A stretch of DNA of 60,564 nucleotides, filler included. It is 6 parts of 6 records of this genome, joined end to end, with 100 filler letters (N's around TTAATTAATTAA, not from the genome) between each part and the next. Parts side by side here need not be neighbours in the genome. Positions count along the whole stretch, not along the records: positions 37,023 to 50,513 come from SRR31156797_39090; 5 more parts are not named here. The stretch is one strand, 5' to 3'. Of this stretch, positions 37,031 to 45,833 are shown in pieces. Under the pieces are notes generated by a model. The model ran no database searches. It was not told where the DNA came from and worked only from the letters and a program-made list of their open reading frames with translations. The stretch's first letter is position 1; each line of letters starts with the position of its first letter. The translations under genes were made by a program, and so were the position numbers.

Positions 37031-39823
37031 TTAGCGATTTTCACCGTTGTTCTCTCCTATCTTCATGGCGATAAGCTTGGAAACCCCCGACTCCTGCATG
37101 GTAACGCCCAGCAAGGTCTTGGCTCCGGTAACGGTCTTTTTATTATGGGTGATGACGATAAACTGGGACTTGCTGCCGAAGTCCATCAGAACATTGATAA
37201 AGCGCTGGATATTCGCCTCGTCCAGGGCCGCGTCTATCTCATCCAGGATACAGAAGGGGGAAGGCTTGACCCTGTAGGTGGCGAACAGAAGGGCCACCCC
37301 CGTCAGGGAGCGCTCTCCGCCTGAGAGGAGCGAGATATTTTCCAGCTTCTTCCCGGGGGGCTGGGCATAGATTTCGATTCCCGATTCCAGGATATTCTCG
37401 GAATCGAGGAGCTTGAGCTCCGCCCTACCGCCGCCGAACATGCTCCGGAACACCTCGTTGAAGTTCTTCTTTATCTCATCGTAGGTCTTCCTGAAGAGCT
37501 GGGCCGACTCGGTACGGATCTCGCTGGTCACCTGAATAAGGTGCTCCTTGGCGGTCCTCAGGTCTTCCAGCTGATTGTTAAGGAAGTCATAGCGCTCCTT
37601 TACCTCGGTGAATTCCTCGGGGGCCATAAGATTGACCTGCCCCAGGGCCTTCAGCTTCTCGCGGGTAGCCGAATAGTCTCCCCTCAGATCCTGAAGGCTT
37701 CTGTTCAGTTCGGGAAGGCGGTTCAGGTAGTTGCTGATATCGTTTGAGTTGTTTTCCTTGAAATTCTGGCTGAGCTCTTCGATATCCCGCTTCAGATGCT
37801 GGCACTCCAGGCTCACCTTCTCAAGGCTGATGAGCAGCTTCTGAAGGAGGTTGTTCTGCTTTTTAAGCTCCCCTTCCTTCCCGCTCACGTCCTTCGTCCG
37901 GCTGCGGATCTGCTTCTCCAGTTCCTTCAGCTTCTTCTGCAGCTCCTTCTTGCTCTTCTCATGCTCCTTGAGCTGATTCCCCGCGTCTTCTATCTTGCCC
38001 GAGGTTTCCTTCCGGCGCAGTTCCAGACGGTTGATATCCTCAAGGTTCGTCCGGATCTGCTCATCGATGCTCTCGATGTCCCTGATCAGGCTGCGGATGC
38101 CGTCTTCCATGGCCGTGATCTGTGTGGCGAGGCGGGCCTTGTTCACCCTGAGTTCTTCCAGAGTGTCCCGATACTCCTGTATCTTCAGGTTCAGAAGGCG
38201 GGACTCCTCGTTTTTCTGGTGCACGTTTTCCCGGTTTTCCTTGAGGAGGAGGGTGAGCTTTTCCAGGCTGTCGTCGATATCCCGCTTCCGGCTGATGATT
38301 CCGCTGGGGGCGAGGAACTCCTCGAGAAAGTCGGGCAGCACGTCCGCCAGCCTGTGGATGGAGGCTTCCAGATCCTCCAGATTATCGTGGAACTCCTTCA
38401 GTATGGCCATCCCCGAATCCCAGACCTCCGTATCGTCCTTCCCCAGGCCGACCCGGGAGGAGTCTTCGAAAAGCCTGATCTTCCCTTCCAGCTGGATCCG
38501 CACGGTCTTCAGCTCCGACAGGACCTGCTGCTCCAGCTCCTGCTTCTTTTTGATGGAAAAACCCGACTCCTTGAGCCCCTTGTCCAGCTGATGGACGATG
38601 TTGTCGGTCAGTTCCCGCAGCTTAAGCTGGAGATCCTCCCGCTCTTTCTCACCGCCCTGGATCCTCGCCTCGCTCTCTTCGATGATGCGGGCATTTTCAT
38701 GGATGCTCGTTTCGGCGGATTTTATATTCTTCTGGAAGGTCATGATGTTGTTTTCCAGGTCCTTCAGCTGGTCCCGGAATTCCTGGAGTGTCTTATTCCG
38801 ACTCTGCTCCTCTTCCTTGAGGCCCTCCTTCTTTTCCACCAGGCCCTTCTCCTTCTCCTGAAGGACCTTCTTCTGCCTTTCCAACTCGTTCTGCTGCTCG
38901 CCGAGCATCTTGATCCTGTCGTTGATGCTCTCTTTCTCCAGATCCAGACCGTAGAGGTGCTTCTGGTCCTCGATCAGCTGGTTCTCCATGGAGTTCACTT
39001 CGTCCAGGTTGCTGGCCAGATTGCCGTTGAGCTGAACGATGCCGGCCTCAATCTTCGTCTTCTTCTCCAGTTCCGAATCCCTGGTCGCCTCTTTGGTTTT
39101 AAGCTGTCCGCTGAGGCTGCTGTACTTGAGGAGCTGCTGATCGATGCCGATGGAGGTGAGCTTCTCCCTGAGGTCGCGGTATACGAGTGTTTTTTCGGAC
39201 TGTTTTTTCAGAGTCTCGTAGTTCTTTCGGACTTCACTGAGGATATTCTCGACCTGGAGCATATTGTCATTGGTCCTGGCCAGCTTACGCTCGGCCTCGC
39301 TCCCCTTCATCTTGAAGCGGGTGATCCCTGCAGCCTCTTCAAAGAGATAGCGCCGCTCTTCGGGCTTATTGGAAAGGACCTGATCGATCTTGCCCTGCTC
39401 CATGATGGAGTAGGCCGATTTCCCGATTCCCGTGTCATAGAAGATCTCCCTCAGCTCCTTCAGCTTGACCTGGGTGTTGTTGACGTAGTACTCACTGTCG
39501 CCGTTGCGGTAGAGCCGTCTCTTGATGGAGATCTCCGCGAGGTCGAGGTCCAGAAGATTTTCCTCGTTAGAGAGGACCAGGGTCACCTCCGCCACATTGA
39601 GGGCTTTCCGGGCGTCGGTGCCGTTGAAGATGACGTCTTCCATCTTCTCGGCGCGCATATTCTTTGTGGACTGCTCGCCGAGGACCCATTTCATGGCGTC
39701 CACTATATTGCTCTTACCACAGCCGTTGGGGCCGAGGAGGGCGGTAATTCCGTCGGTAAAATCGATGAGGGTTCTGTCTGCAAAGGATTTAAAACCCATC
39801 AGCTCCATGCGTTTAAGAAACAC
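37031..39823 (-). CDS. smc: Chromosome segregation SMC-family ATPase, short spirochaete type
   Basis: GFKSF, GPNGCGKSN, EQGKID, long coiled coils, LSGGE, CILDEIDAALD and ITHNK. Confidence 0.92.
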   Translation of the reverse strand: MFLKRMELMGFKSFADRTLIDFTDGITALLGPNGCGKSNIVDAMKWVLGEQSTKNMRAEKMEDVIFNGTDARKALNVAEVTLVLSNEENLLDLDLAEISIKRRLYRNGDSEYYVNNTQVKLKELREIFYDTGIGKSAYSIMEQGKIDQVLSNKPEERRYLFEEAAGITRFKMKGSEAERKLARTNDNMLQVENILSEVRKNYETLKKQSEKTLVYRDLREKLTSIGIDQQLLKYSSLSGQLKTKEATRDSELEKKTKIEAGIVQLNGNLASNLDEVNSMENQLIEDQKHLYGLDLEKESINDRIKMLGEQQNELERQKKVLQEKEKGLVEKKEGLKEEEQSRNKTLQEFRDQLKDLENNIMTFQKNIKSAETSIHENARIIEESEARIQGGEKEREDLQLKLRELTDNIVHQLDKGLKESGFSIKKKQELEQQVLSELKTVRIQLEGKIRLFEDSSRVGLGKDDTEVWDSGMAILKEFHDNLEDLEASIHRLADVLPDFLEEFLAPSGIISRKRDIDDSLEKLTLLLKENRENVHQKNEESRLLNLKIQEYRDTLEELRVNKARLATQITAMEDGIRSLIRDIESIDEQIRTNLEDINRLELRRKETSGKIEDAGNQLKEHEKSKKELQKKLKELEKQIRSRTKDVSGKEGELKKQNNLLQKLLISLEKVSLECQHLKRDIEELSQNFKENNSNDISNYLNRLPELNRSLQDLRGDYSATREKLKALGQVNLMAPEEFTEVKERYDFLNNQLEDLRTAKEHLIQVTSEIRTESAQLFRKTYDEIKKNFNEVFRSMFGGGRAELKLLDSENILESGIEIYAQPPGKKLENISLLSGGERSLTGVALLFATYRVKPSPFCILDEIDAALDEANIQRFINVLMDFGSKSQFIVITHNKKTVTGAKTLLGVTMQESGVSKLIAMKIGENNGENR

Positions 39824-39904
39824 TAACTACTCCATTATCTCAGGGTATCCGTTAACCCCATAATATATCATATCAAGCGTAAATTGGTCAGTCCCGATTC
39901 AAAG

Positions 39905-39929
39905 AAAAACCCGCCGTGAGGCGGGTTTT
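39905..39929 (-). terminator. Rho-independent terminator
   Basis: AAAACCCGCC-GTGA-GGCGGGTTTT after the PUR-protein stop codon. Confidence 0.8.
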
Positions 39930-39947
39930 GATGAACATGCGTGTATT

Positions 39948-40397
39948 TCAGCTCCGGCTCATATGGGCGGCGGCTTTGTCGAAGCCCTCCAGGAAGATCT
40001 CAAGGTTCTTCTTGAAGATGCGTATGGAGACGTTTTCATAACTCTCGTTGCTTCCCACCCGGCTTTCCGCGATGATCAGATAGTTCTCGCCGCTTTTGGC
40101 GGACTTGATGTTAAAGCTGTAGCGGCGTTTTCCCGAACCGGTCTTCAGCTCGTCCTGCCAGCCTTCCTCGCCCACCTTCAGCTTGGTAACGGCGTTCTCG
40201 AGGATCGTTTCGAATTTCTTGAAATCTTCGGAATATACAATCAGGGAGAAACGCAGGAAACGATTCTCCTTCTTCCGGCTCTCCACGAGATTGAGAAACA
40301 GATCTCCGTATCTGTTTTCCTTAACATTGAAAAAGTAAGTCAGTCCGCCCTCTTCCACAAAACGTTTTAAAGTAAAGACTTCTCCTCTCTGGCCCAT
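39948..40397 (-). CDS. PUR-family (PurA/DUF3276) ssDNA/RNA-binding protein with two tandem repeats
   Basis: MGQRGEVF start as in spirochaete PUR proteins. Repeat 1: TYFFNVKENRYGDLFLNLVES...IVYSEDFKKF. Repeat 2: RYSFNIKSAKSGENYLIIAES...IFKKNLEIF. Confidence 0.78.
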   Translation of the reverse strand: MGQRGEVFTLKRFVEEGGLTYFFNVKENRYGDLFLNLVESRKKENRFLRFSLIVYSEDFKKFETILENAVTKLKVGEEGWQDELKTGSGKRRYSFNIKSAKSGENYLIIAESRVGSNESYENVSIRIFKKNLEIFLEGFDKAAAHMSRS

Positions 40398-40491
40398 TGC
40401 ATATTCCTTCTCTGAAAATTGTTGTGATCGGATAATAACGAATTAAAGCGGTTCTGGCAAGCGCTCCTGCCCGCCGGAACCACTTCTTCCG

Positions 40492-41901
40492 CTATTCTTT
40501 ATCCGGTTTGTCGAAGATTATGAGAGTCCCTTCGCTGCGGATGACGTCCCCCGGCTCAAGCTCCCGGGAGACAACGGTCTTGTTGTTCACCATGATCTCG
40601 TGATCCGCCTCGAGGCGGTAGGCGCCCTTATCGTCCCTGACGATGGTAATACCCGTCTCCTCTTCCGGCTTGGCGCTGAACGCGGTCTCATCCATGATCA
40701 CCGTCTTCTCGCGGCCTACGGCGATCATCGTCTTCTCCTGCCCTATCTGGATCACCGTCTTCTCATTGTCGAAGGAGGATATCACCTCGAGATGGGGAAA
40801 GGGGTAGATCTTCTCAAAGGGCGTTCTGTGGATAAGGATGACCAGCCCCAGAGACACCAGAGTCAGCAGGGCGAACACCCACCAGGGAAGCATGGGGGGC
40901 AAGCCCCAGAACATCTCCAGGTTATAAGAGAAGCCCGGGCTTTCGCCCTTCCCCTCCAGGATCACCCGGACCTGCCTCTCCCGGCTGTTGATAACCGACG
41001 GGCTGTAGGAGACCCTGAACTCCCTGTTGATCCGGCTGTGGATCTCCCTGTAGGCGATCAAAAGTTCGTCCCTGGACGCCGCCGTATAGGACAGGCCTCC
41101 GCTCTTCTCCGAGAGGGTTTCCAAGGCGGGATCGAGGATCCGGGCGTACTGGATGGTATAGAGGGTGATTCCCCTGAGCCGCAGAAGCTCCTCCACCTCT
41201 TCCAGCTCGATCAGCTCGTTCCCCCACAGAGGATGGGGCTGCTTCCTGTTCTCGGAGAAGGTGTAGTTCTCGCCGTCGCTCAGAAGGACAAGCACCTTGC
41301 GCCCCCTTCTCTTTCCCAGCTCGTCGGCAGCCCTCTGCATGGCCCGGTTCAACTCGGTAAAGGCGTCGTCAGCCCCGGGCCTGTCGATCTGAGCCAGGGA
41401 ATCGAGCAGCTGGTTCCGGTTGGGACTGAAGTCGCTCAGGGCGCTGATATTGGTATTGAAGCTGTAGAGGCTCAGCCTGTCCTTATACTCCCTGGTCCCT
41501 GAGAACAGATCCTCCAGGGCCTGCTTCACGAAGTAGATCCTCTGTCGTTCATCACTCTCTTCGGCCGCACCCGAAAGGGAATCGTACATGCTCCCCGAGT
41601 TGTCCAGAAGGAGAAGAAAGGAGATATCCTCCTGGGAAAAACCGTTGAACTGCACGTCCCCTATGGGCACATCCACCCAGGCACCCTCCCCGGCGCTGTA
41701 TTCCTGAAGCCGGAAATCACCGGCTTCGGGCAGATCCTTCTCTTCCACCCTCTCGTTAAGGGAGATATAAAGGTCTACATTCCCGTCCCGGAGAAGCCCG
41801 CTGCTGTCAACGCCCGTAACCGACAGTCCCTCGGCTGCGAAAGCCGGTGCGGCAGCGAAAACGCTGATCAAAACAATGAGGTATAGCGTTGTCGATCTCA
41901 T
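40492..41901 (-). CDS. Exported VWA-domain membrane protein with cytoplasmic degenerate FHA-like tail
   Basis: Signal peptide, MIDAS LLLDNSGSM...T...LLSDGEN, TM WWVFALLTLVSLGLVILI, and tail IMVNN...LEPGDVIR. Confidence 0.8.
   Translation of the reverse strand: MRSTTLYLIVLISVFAAAPAFAAEGLSVTGVDSSGLLRDGNVDLYISLNERVEEKDLPEAGDFRLQEYSAGEGAWVDVPIGDVQFNGFSQEDISFLLLLDNSGSMYDSLSGAAEESDERQRIYFVKQALEDLFSGTREYKDRLSLYSFNTNISALSDFSPNRNQLLDSLAQIDRPGADDAFTELNRAMQRAADELGKRRGRKVLVLLSDGENYTFSENRKQPHPLWGNELIELEEVEELLRLRGITLYTIQYARILDPALETLSEKSGGLSYTAASRDELLIAYREIHSRINREFRVSYSPSVINSRERQVRVILEGKGESPGFSYNLEMFWGLPPMLPWWVFALLTLVSLGLVILIHRTPFEKIYPFPHLEVISSFDNEKTVIQIGQEKTMIAVGREKTVIMDETAFSAKPEEETGITIVRDDKGAYRLEADHEIMVNNKTVVSRELEPGDVIRSEGTLIIFDKPDKE
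40696..40764 (-). repeat. Three intragenic tandem repeats (27-nt period) encoding EKT[VM]I
   Basis: GATCACCGTCTTCTC (40696), GATCATCGTCTTCTC (40723) and GATCACCGTCTTCTC (40750) on the + strand. Confidence 0.8.
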
Positions 41902-42782
41902 TTCCTCACCTCGTACATAAATTTCACATCCCCCACCTTTATGACATCCTCGTACTTCAGGGGCTGCTCCCGGCAGCTCTCATCGTTGACGAAGACGGGG
42001 AAGTCCCTGACGGGGCTCAGGACGATTTCCCGGCCCTTCCTCTTCAGCTGTACGGCCGCCGCGGGAATCTTGTCGCTTCCGCTGATGCATATATCACAGC
42101 TGCTCCGGCTTCCCAGAACGATTTTCCTCTGATTGAGAAGGTATTTCCTTCCCTTGCTGCTTCCGTTGAGCACCCGGAACACGCCGGGAGCGCTCTTCTC
42201 TTCGATAAGGATCGTCAGGACGGCCGTCCCAATGCCGAGAACCATAAAACCGGGCAGCTTCAGCCAGCTGTCGTCGGGAAAGAACATCATCGCCGTCTCC
42301 ACGATGCTTCCGCCCAAAAGGCCCGCCAGAACACCGCTGATCAGTCCGGCCTGTATCTTCAGCCCCGATCGGGAGCGCAGCCCCTCGGCGGTTCCGATAA
42401 ACGCGCCCAGCACGGACCAGCTGATGATCCTCGCCGCATAGAAGGGGTAGACATGGGATTCGGGCATCATATTTTCGGGAAGGATAAGCAGAAAGATCAT
42501 CTGCCCCAGGAAGGCACCCAGAACGCCGCCTGCAAATCCCCAGACCAGTCCGAGGCTCCACTCCTTGTGAACCTTAACTGTATCTTTATGGAGGATCCCC
42601 TCCAGACTCGCCAGTACGGCGGTCATGGCGGCCGCAGTGAAACCGCCGGAGGCAAAGAGGAGAAGCCTGTACGAGGGGAAGAGTCCCCGGAAAGAGAGTA
42701 CAAGTTCCAGCACAGCCCAGCCCAGCAGGGCGGCGGCCAGTCCCATACACAGGGATACGACGTAGCGTCCGCCTGAGTTCAT
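41898..42782 (-). CDS. Multi-pass membrane protein with C-terminal FHA domain
   Basis: About six Gly-rich TM helices, then VLNGSSKGRKY...IVLGS...CDICI...VFVND...LKYEDVIKVG (FHA fold pattern). Confidence 0.78.
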   Translation of the reverse strand: MNSGGRYVVSLCMGLAAALLGWAVLELVLSFRGLFPSYRLLLFASGGFTAAAMTAVLASLEGILHKDTVKVHKEWSLGLVWGFAGGVLGAFLGQMIFLLILPENMMPESHVYPFYAARIISWSVLGAFIGTAEGLRSRSGLKIQAGLISGVLAGLLGGSIVETAMMFFPDDSWLKLPGFMVLGIGTAVLTILIEEKSAPGVFRVLNGSSKGRKYLLNQRKIVLGSRSSCDICISGSDKIPAAAVQLKRKGREIVLSPVRDFPVFVNDESCREQPLKYEDVIKVGDVKFMYEVRK

Positions 42783-42885
42783 ATTGTCACTCCTTAACGA
42801 CAGAGGCTCTATAGGAGCCTCGGTGATTTATTATCTTAAGGCCGGAAGGCCTTTCTCCTGCCGAAACTCGCCCGGAGCTTCGCCT

Positions 42886-44802
42886 TCATTCTTCGGGTCC
42901 CAGGGCATCGATCATGAGCTCGCTGATCCTTTTCCTGTCCCTTTTTATCTCGATGACCAGCAGGGTCTCTTCGTCCATACCGACCACGGCCCGTACGGTC
43001 TGGACGACCTTGCCGCTCTTCAGCTCCAGCTCGTACTCCCCGGGAGGAAGGGCCGTGCGGGTCAGCTTTCCCAGTTCGGAAGCGGGAAGCCTCAAAGAGG
43101 AGACCCCCGCCGGCGGGAGAAGGGACGAGCCGTTGATCCTGAACTCCAGGTTTTCGGGAAGCTCCTCAGAGCTTTTGAGCCTGAGCCAGCCCTCCCGGGG
43201 GATCATTTCGGGCTCCAGTACAAGGAGATCCTGGTGCGCCTTGATCCCCAGGTCGTAAACCATGGGATAGTAGCCCTCCGCTTCGATCCTGAAGTTATAG
43301 GCACTCCCCGTGCTCAGCTCCTCCCTGATCTCATCCAGGGGGACGTAGTCCTTCTTCCCGCCCGGCTGAACCGATATCTCTATATCGTCGTTCAGACTGG
43401 ATCCGTCATGCCGGTCATGCGCATCGACTCTGAGCCTCAGGGGCTTGGACTCGGATGGGGGCTGCTTCAGAATGAGCCGGGTCTCTTCGGCCGGTTTTAT
43501 CAAAAAGGAAGCGTCCGTATAGGGAGGAAGGCTGACGTTCTGCCACCATACGGCGTCGTCATACATGGTTTTGATCCAGTAGGCCCCGGGGACAAGGTGA
43601 ACCAGAGGCGACTCGAGGGAGATCAGCCCTTCTTCGCTCGCCTTACCGCTTTTCAGGGTGAAGGACGTCAGCCTGTCATTGCCGATGCGCCCCTCTTCAT
43701 CGTTGAAGACCACGGCCTCCATATGGATCCTGTCAGCCGGTCTGAAGAGATCGGCCTCATCCAGGGTGCTCACAAGGCGCAGCCCGCCGTAACGCGCGGC
43801 ATAGATCGTCTTAAGGTGCATCTCGCCAAGATAAAACCAGGAGCCGCCTCCGGCGACGATGACGGCGGCCGCGACGGCGAGATAGACCTTGAAACCGGCC
43901 CTGCGCCGCGGCGGCTTTCCGGGCTGTCGCTCCTTGTCGTTGACGATGCGGATCAGATCTTCCCGGATCCTGTCGGTGTCGGCGCTCTGATACCACTTCT
44001 CCAGCCTCTTCAGAAGCACGGCGACCGAATCCGCCCGCTTCTGAGGCTTCGCCTGGATACAGTGCTTCATAAACCAGCTCAGCGAAGACGGGAGGGTCGG
44101 ATTGATCTTGGAGGGTGGGGTGTACTTCCCCTTGTGGATCCTGGCAAGCGTCTCGGGATTCATCTTGCCTGGATAGGGCTTCTTCCCCGTGACCATCTCG
44201 TATAGCATGATGCCAAGAGAGTAGATATCGGCCTTGAAGCTGACATTCCGGGAGTCGTCGTACTGCTCGGGAGCCATATAGGAGGGCGTTCCCAGGGCCA
44301 TCCCCTCTTTGGTCAGAGCGTCCTCCTCTTCCTCGGACTGGGCGATCCCGAAGTCCACCAGCTTGATCTCTCCGGTCTTGGACACCAGGATGTTCGCCGG
44401 CTTGATGTCCCGATGCACCACTTGGTTCTTATGGGCGTACTCCAGGGCCTTGCAGGCGTAATAGAAGATGTACATGGCCTCGTCGAACCGGAGGTAGCGC
44501 TCTTTCTTCAGGATGATGTCCACAGACTTTCCATCCACCAGCTCCTGCACGATGTACCAGGCCTGGCCGCTTTTGAAGTGGTCGTATACCCTGACGATGT
44601 TTTCGTTGCTGAATTCCATCATGATCTTGGCCTCTCTGCGGAAGCGTTCGATCAGATGCTCGTTACTGCTGAGGGTGAGTTTCTTAAGCACCACAGGCTT
44701 ATCCAGGGTCGGATGGTTTCCCCGGAAAACGGCGCCCATCCCTCCCTCGGCGATCTTGTCCTCGATCTGGTATTTCCCGATTTTTGCGGGTATGCGGCTC
44801 AT
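42886..44802 (-). CDS. Hanks-type Ser/Thr protein kinase with TM helix and extracytoplasmic domain
   Basis: IAEGGMGAVF, VVLKKL, HRDIKPAN, DFG, GTPSYMAPE and DIYSLG, with TM VYLAVAAAVIVAGGGSWFYL. Start reassigned to ATG 44802, overlapping the upstream stop. Confidence 0.9.
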   Translation of the reverse strand: MSRIPAKIGKYQIEDKIAEGGMGAVFRGNHPTLDKPVVLKKLTLSSNEHLIERFRREAKIMMEFSNENIVRVYDHFKSGQAWYIVQELVDGKSVDIILKKERYLRFDEAMYIFYYACKALEYAHKNQVVHRDIKPANILVSKTGEIKLVDFGIAQSEEEEDALTKEGMALGTPSYMAPEQYDDSRNVSFKADIYSLGIMLYEMVTGKKPYPGKMNPETLARIHKGKYTPPSKINPTLPSSLSWFMKHCIQAKPQKRADSVAVLLKRLEKWYQSADTDRIREDLIRIVNDKERQPGKPPRRRAGFKVYLAVAAAVIVAGGGSWFYLGEMHLKTIYAARYGGLRLVSTLDEADLFRPADRIHMEAVVFNDEEGRIGNDRLTSFTLKSGKASEEGLISLESPLVHLVPGAYWIKTMYDDAVWWQNVSLPPYTDASFLIKPAEETRLILKQPPSESKPLRLRVDAHDRHDGSSLNDDIEISVQPGGKKDYVPLDEIREELSTGSAYNFRIEAEGYYPMVYDLGIKAHQDLLVLEPEMIPREGWLRLKSSEELPENLEFRINGSSLLPPAGVSSLRLPASELGKLTRTALPPGEYELELKSGKVVQTVRAVVGMDEETLLVIEIKRDRKRISELMIDALGPEE

Positions 44803-45833
44803 AAAGGCAGTCTCCTTATCTCCCGGAGGTCGACGATATTGACCCGGGGATCTATGATCTCCTGCTGGTCGGTGTACAGGATGACGAAGCGGTCCGGATT
44901 GTGAATCTGTATATATCGGCCGCCGGCCCTGAGATTGTACAGGCCGTGTATGGTTCTGTGCCCTCCGATATAGTGGGTGAATCTGCGCCCCAGGCGGCTG
45001 GAATAGTACTCCAGGGTTTCCTCCACCGAGCCTTCCTCCGCCTGTCCGTTTCCGGTCCACGTCAGCCCCAGTTTAACAGAATCGTCCGAATCAATCTCTA
45101 TGATCTGCTCGGGACTGTAGAATTCCGCCGGCTCCGCATGGCTTATCAGCAGATTCTCTCCGACGGCCAGGTAGGGAAGACGGCTTTCGTAGATCCCGTG
45201 GGCATAGAGATAGCCCTCCCCCAGAAAGCGCTCTACCCAGGCTCGCACCATCTCCCCTTCGTATACGAATTTGCCGAAGGGATGATTGCCGTTGCCCTCT
45301 TCGTTAAGGATGTTCTCATGATTCCCCTTGAGAAAGAAAAACACATCGGGGAAGGCCGTCTGCAGCAGCATAACCATCTGCATAAGCCCCAGGCTCTCGG
45401 CCATCTCCCGATCCATATTCCTGTGCTTTCTGTATCCTCCCGTGTACTCGGCGAGGCTGTTCTGCCAGCGCTTCCACCCCCTTTTCTCGGAATGGAATCC
45501 GTCCCCCACGCAGAGGATCTGGAGGCTCCTGGATTCCAGGGCGTCCACGACCTTTCCCGGACCGAAATCCAGGTTCAGCAGACTGTAGAGAAAATCCTTC
45601 CGGGCGTGAAGGTCCGGCACCACGACCAGGGGGATCTCTCTGCTGAGCCGGATAAGCCCTCCGCCTCGCCCTTCCCGGTTCAGGGGCCGGACAGTCTCGG
45701 GCAATCCATCCTGGGCAGACATGACCAGATCGAGCTGCTCTTCCAGACGGGAGAGAGGATCCACAGACACGGACTGGCTTATACGCTGAAGCTCTTTCAG
45801 TATCCTGGCGGATGTTCCGTTACTCTTCATCAC
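44799..45833 (-). CDS. Calcineurin-like metallophosphoesterase (PPP-type phosphatase candidate)
   Basis: DLH, GDGFH, GNHE, SHA and GGH metal-ligand motifs. Confidence 0.82.
   Translation of the reverse strand: MMKSNGTSARILKELQRISQSVSVDPLSRLEEQLDLVMSAQDGLPETVRPLNREGRGGGLIRLSREIPLVVVPDLHARKDFLYSLLNLDFGPGKVVDALESRSLQILCVGDGFHSEKRGWKRWQNSLAEYTGGYRKHRNMDREMAESLGLMQMVMLLQTAFPDVFFFLKGNHENILNEEGNGNHPFGKFVYEGEMVRAWVERFLGEGYLYAHGIYESRLPYLAVGENLLISHAEPAEFYSPEQIIEIDSDDSVKLGLTWTGNGQAEEGSVEETLEYYSSRLGRRFTHYIGGHRTIHGLYNLRAGGRYIQIHNPDRFVILYTDQQEIIDPRVNIVDLREIRRLPL

Noticed and set aside
37796-39826. 676-aa Leu-rich plus-strand ORF
   Set aside because: Mirror of Glu/Lys-rich SMC coiled-coil codons (GAG/AAG read as CTC/CTT).
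42784-44205. 473-aa plus-strand ORF and similar overlapping ORFs at 44901-45905 and 47613-48683
   Set aside because: Antisense to well-supported kinase, phosphoesterase and EAL genes.
44803-45060. 86-aa N-terminal extension of the kinase in the ORF track
   Set aside because: Overlaps the phosphoesterase in another frame. The ATG at 44802, with RBS and ATGA coupling, is the better start.
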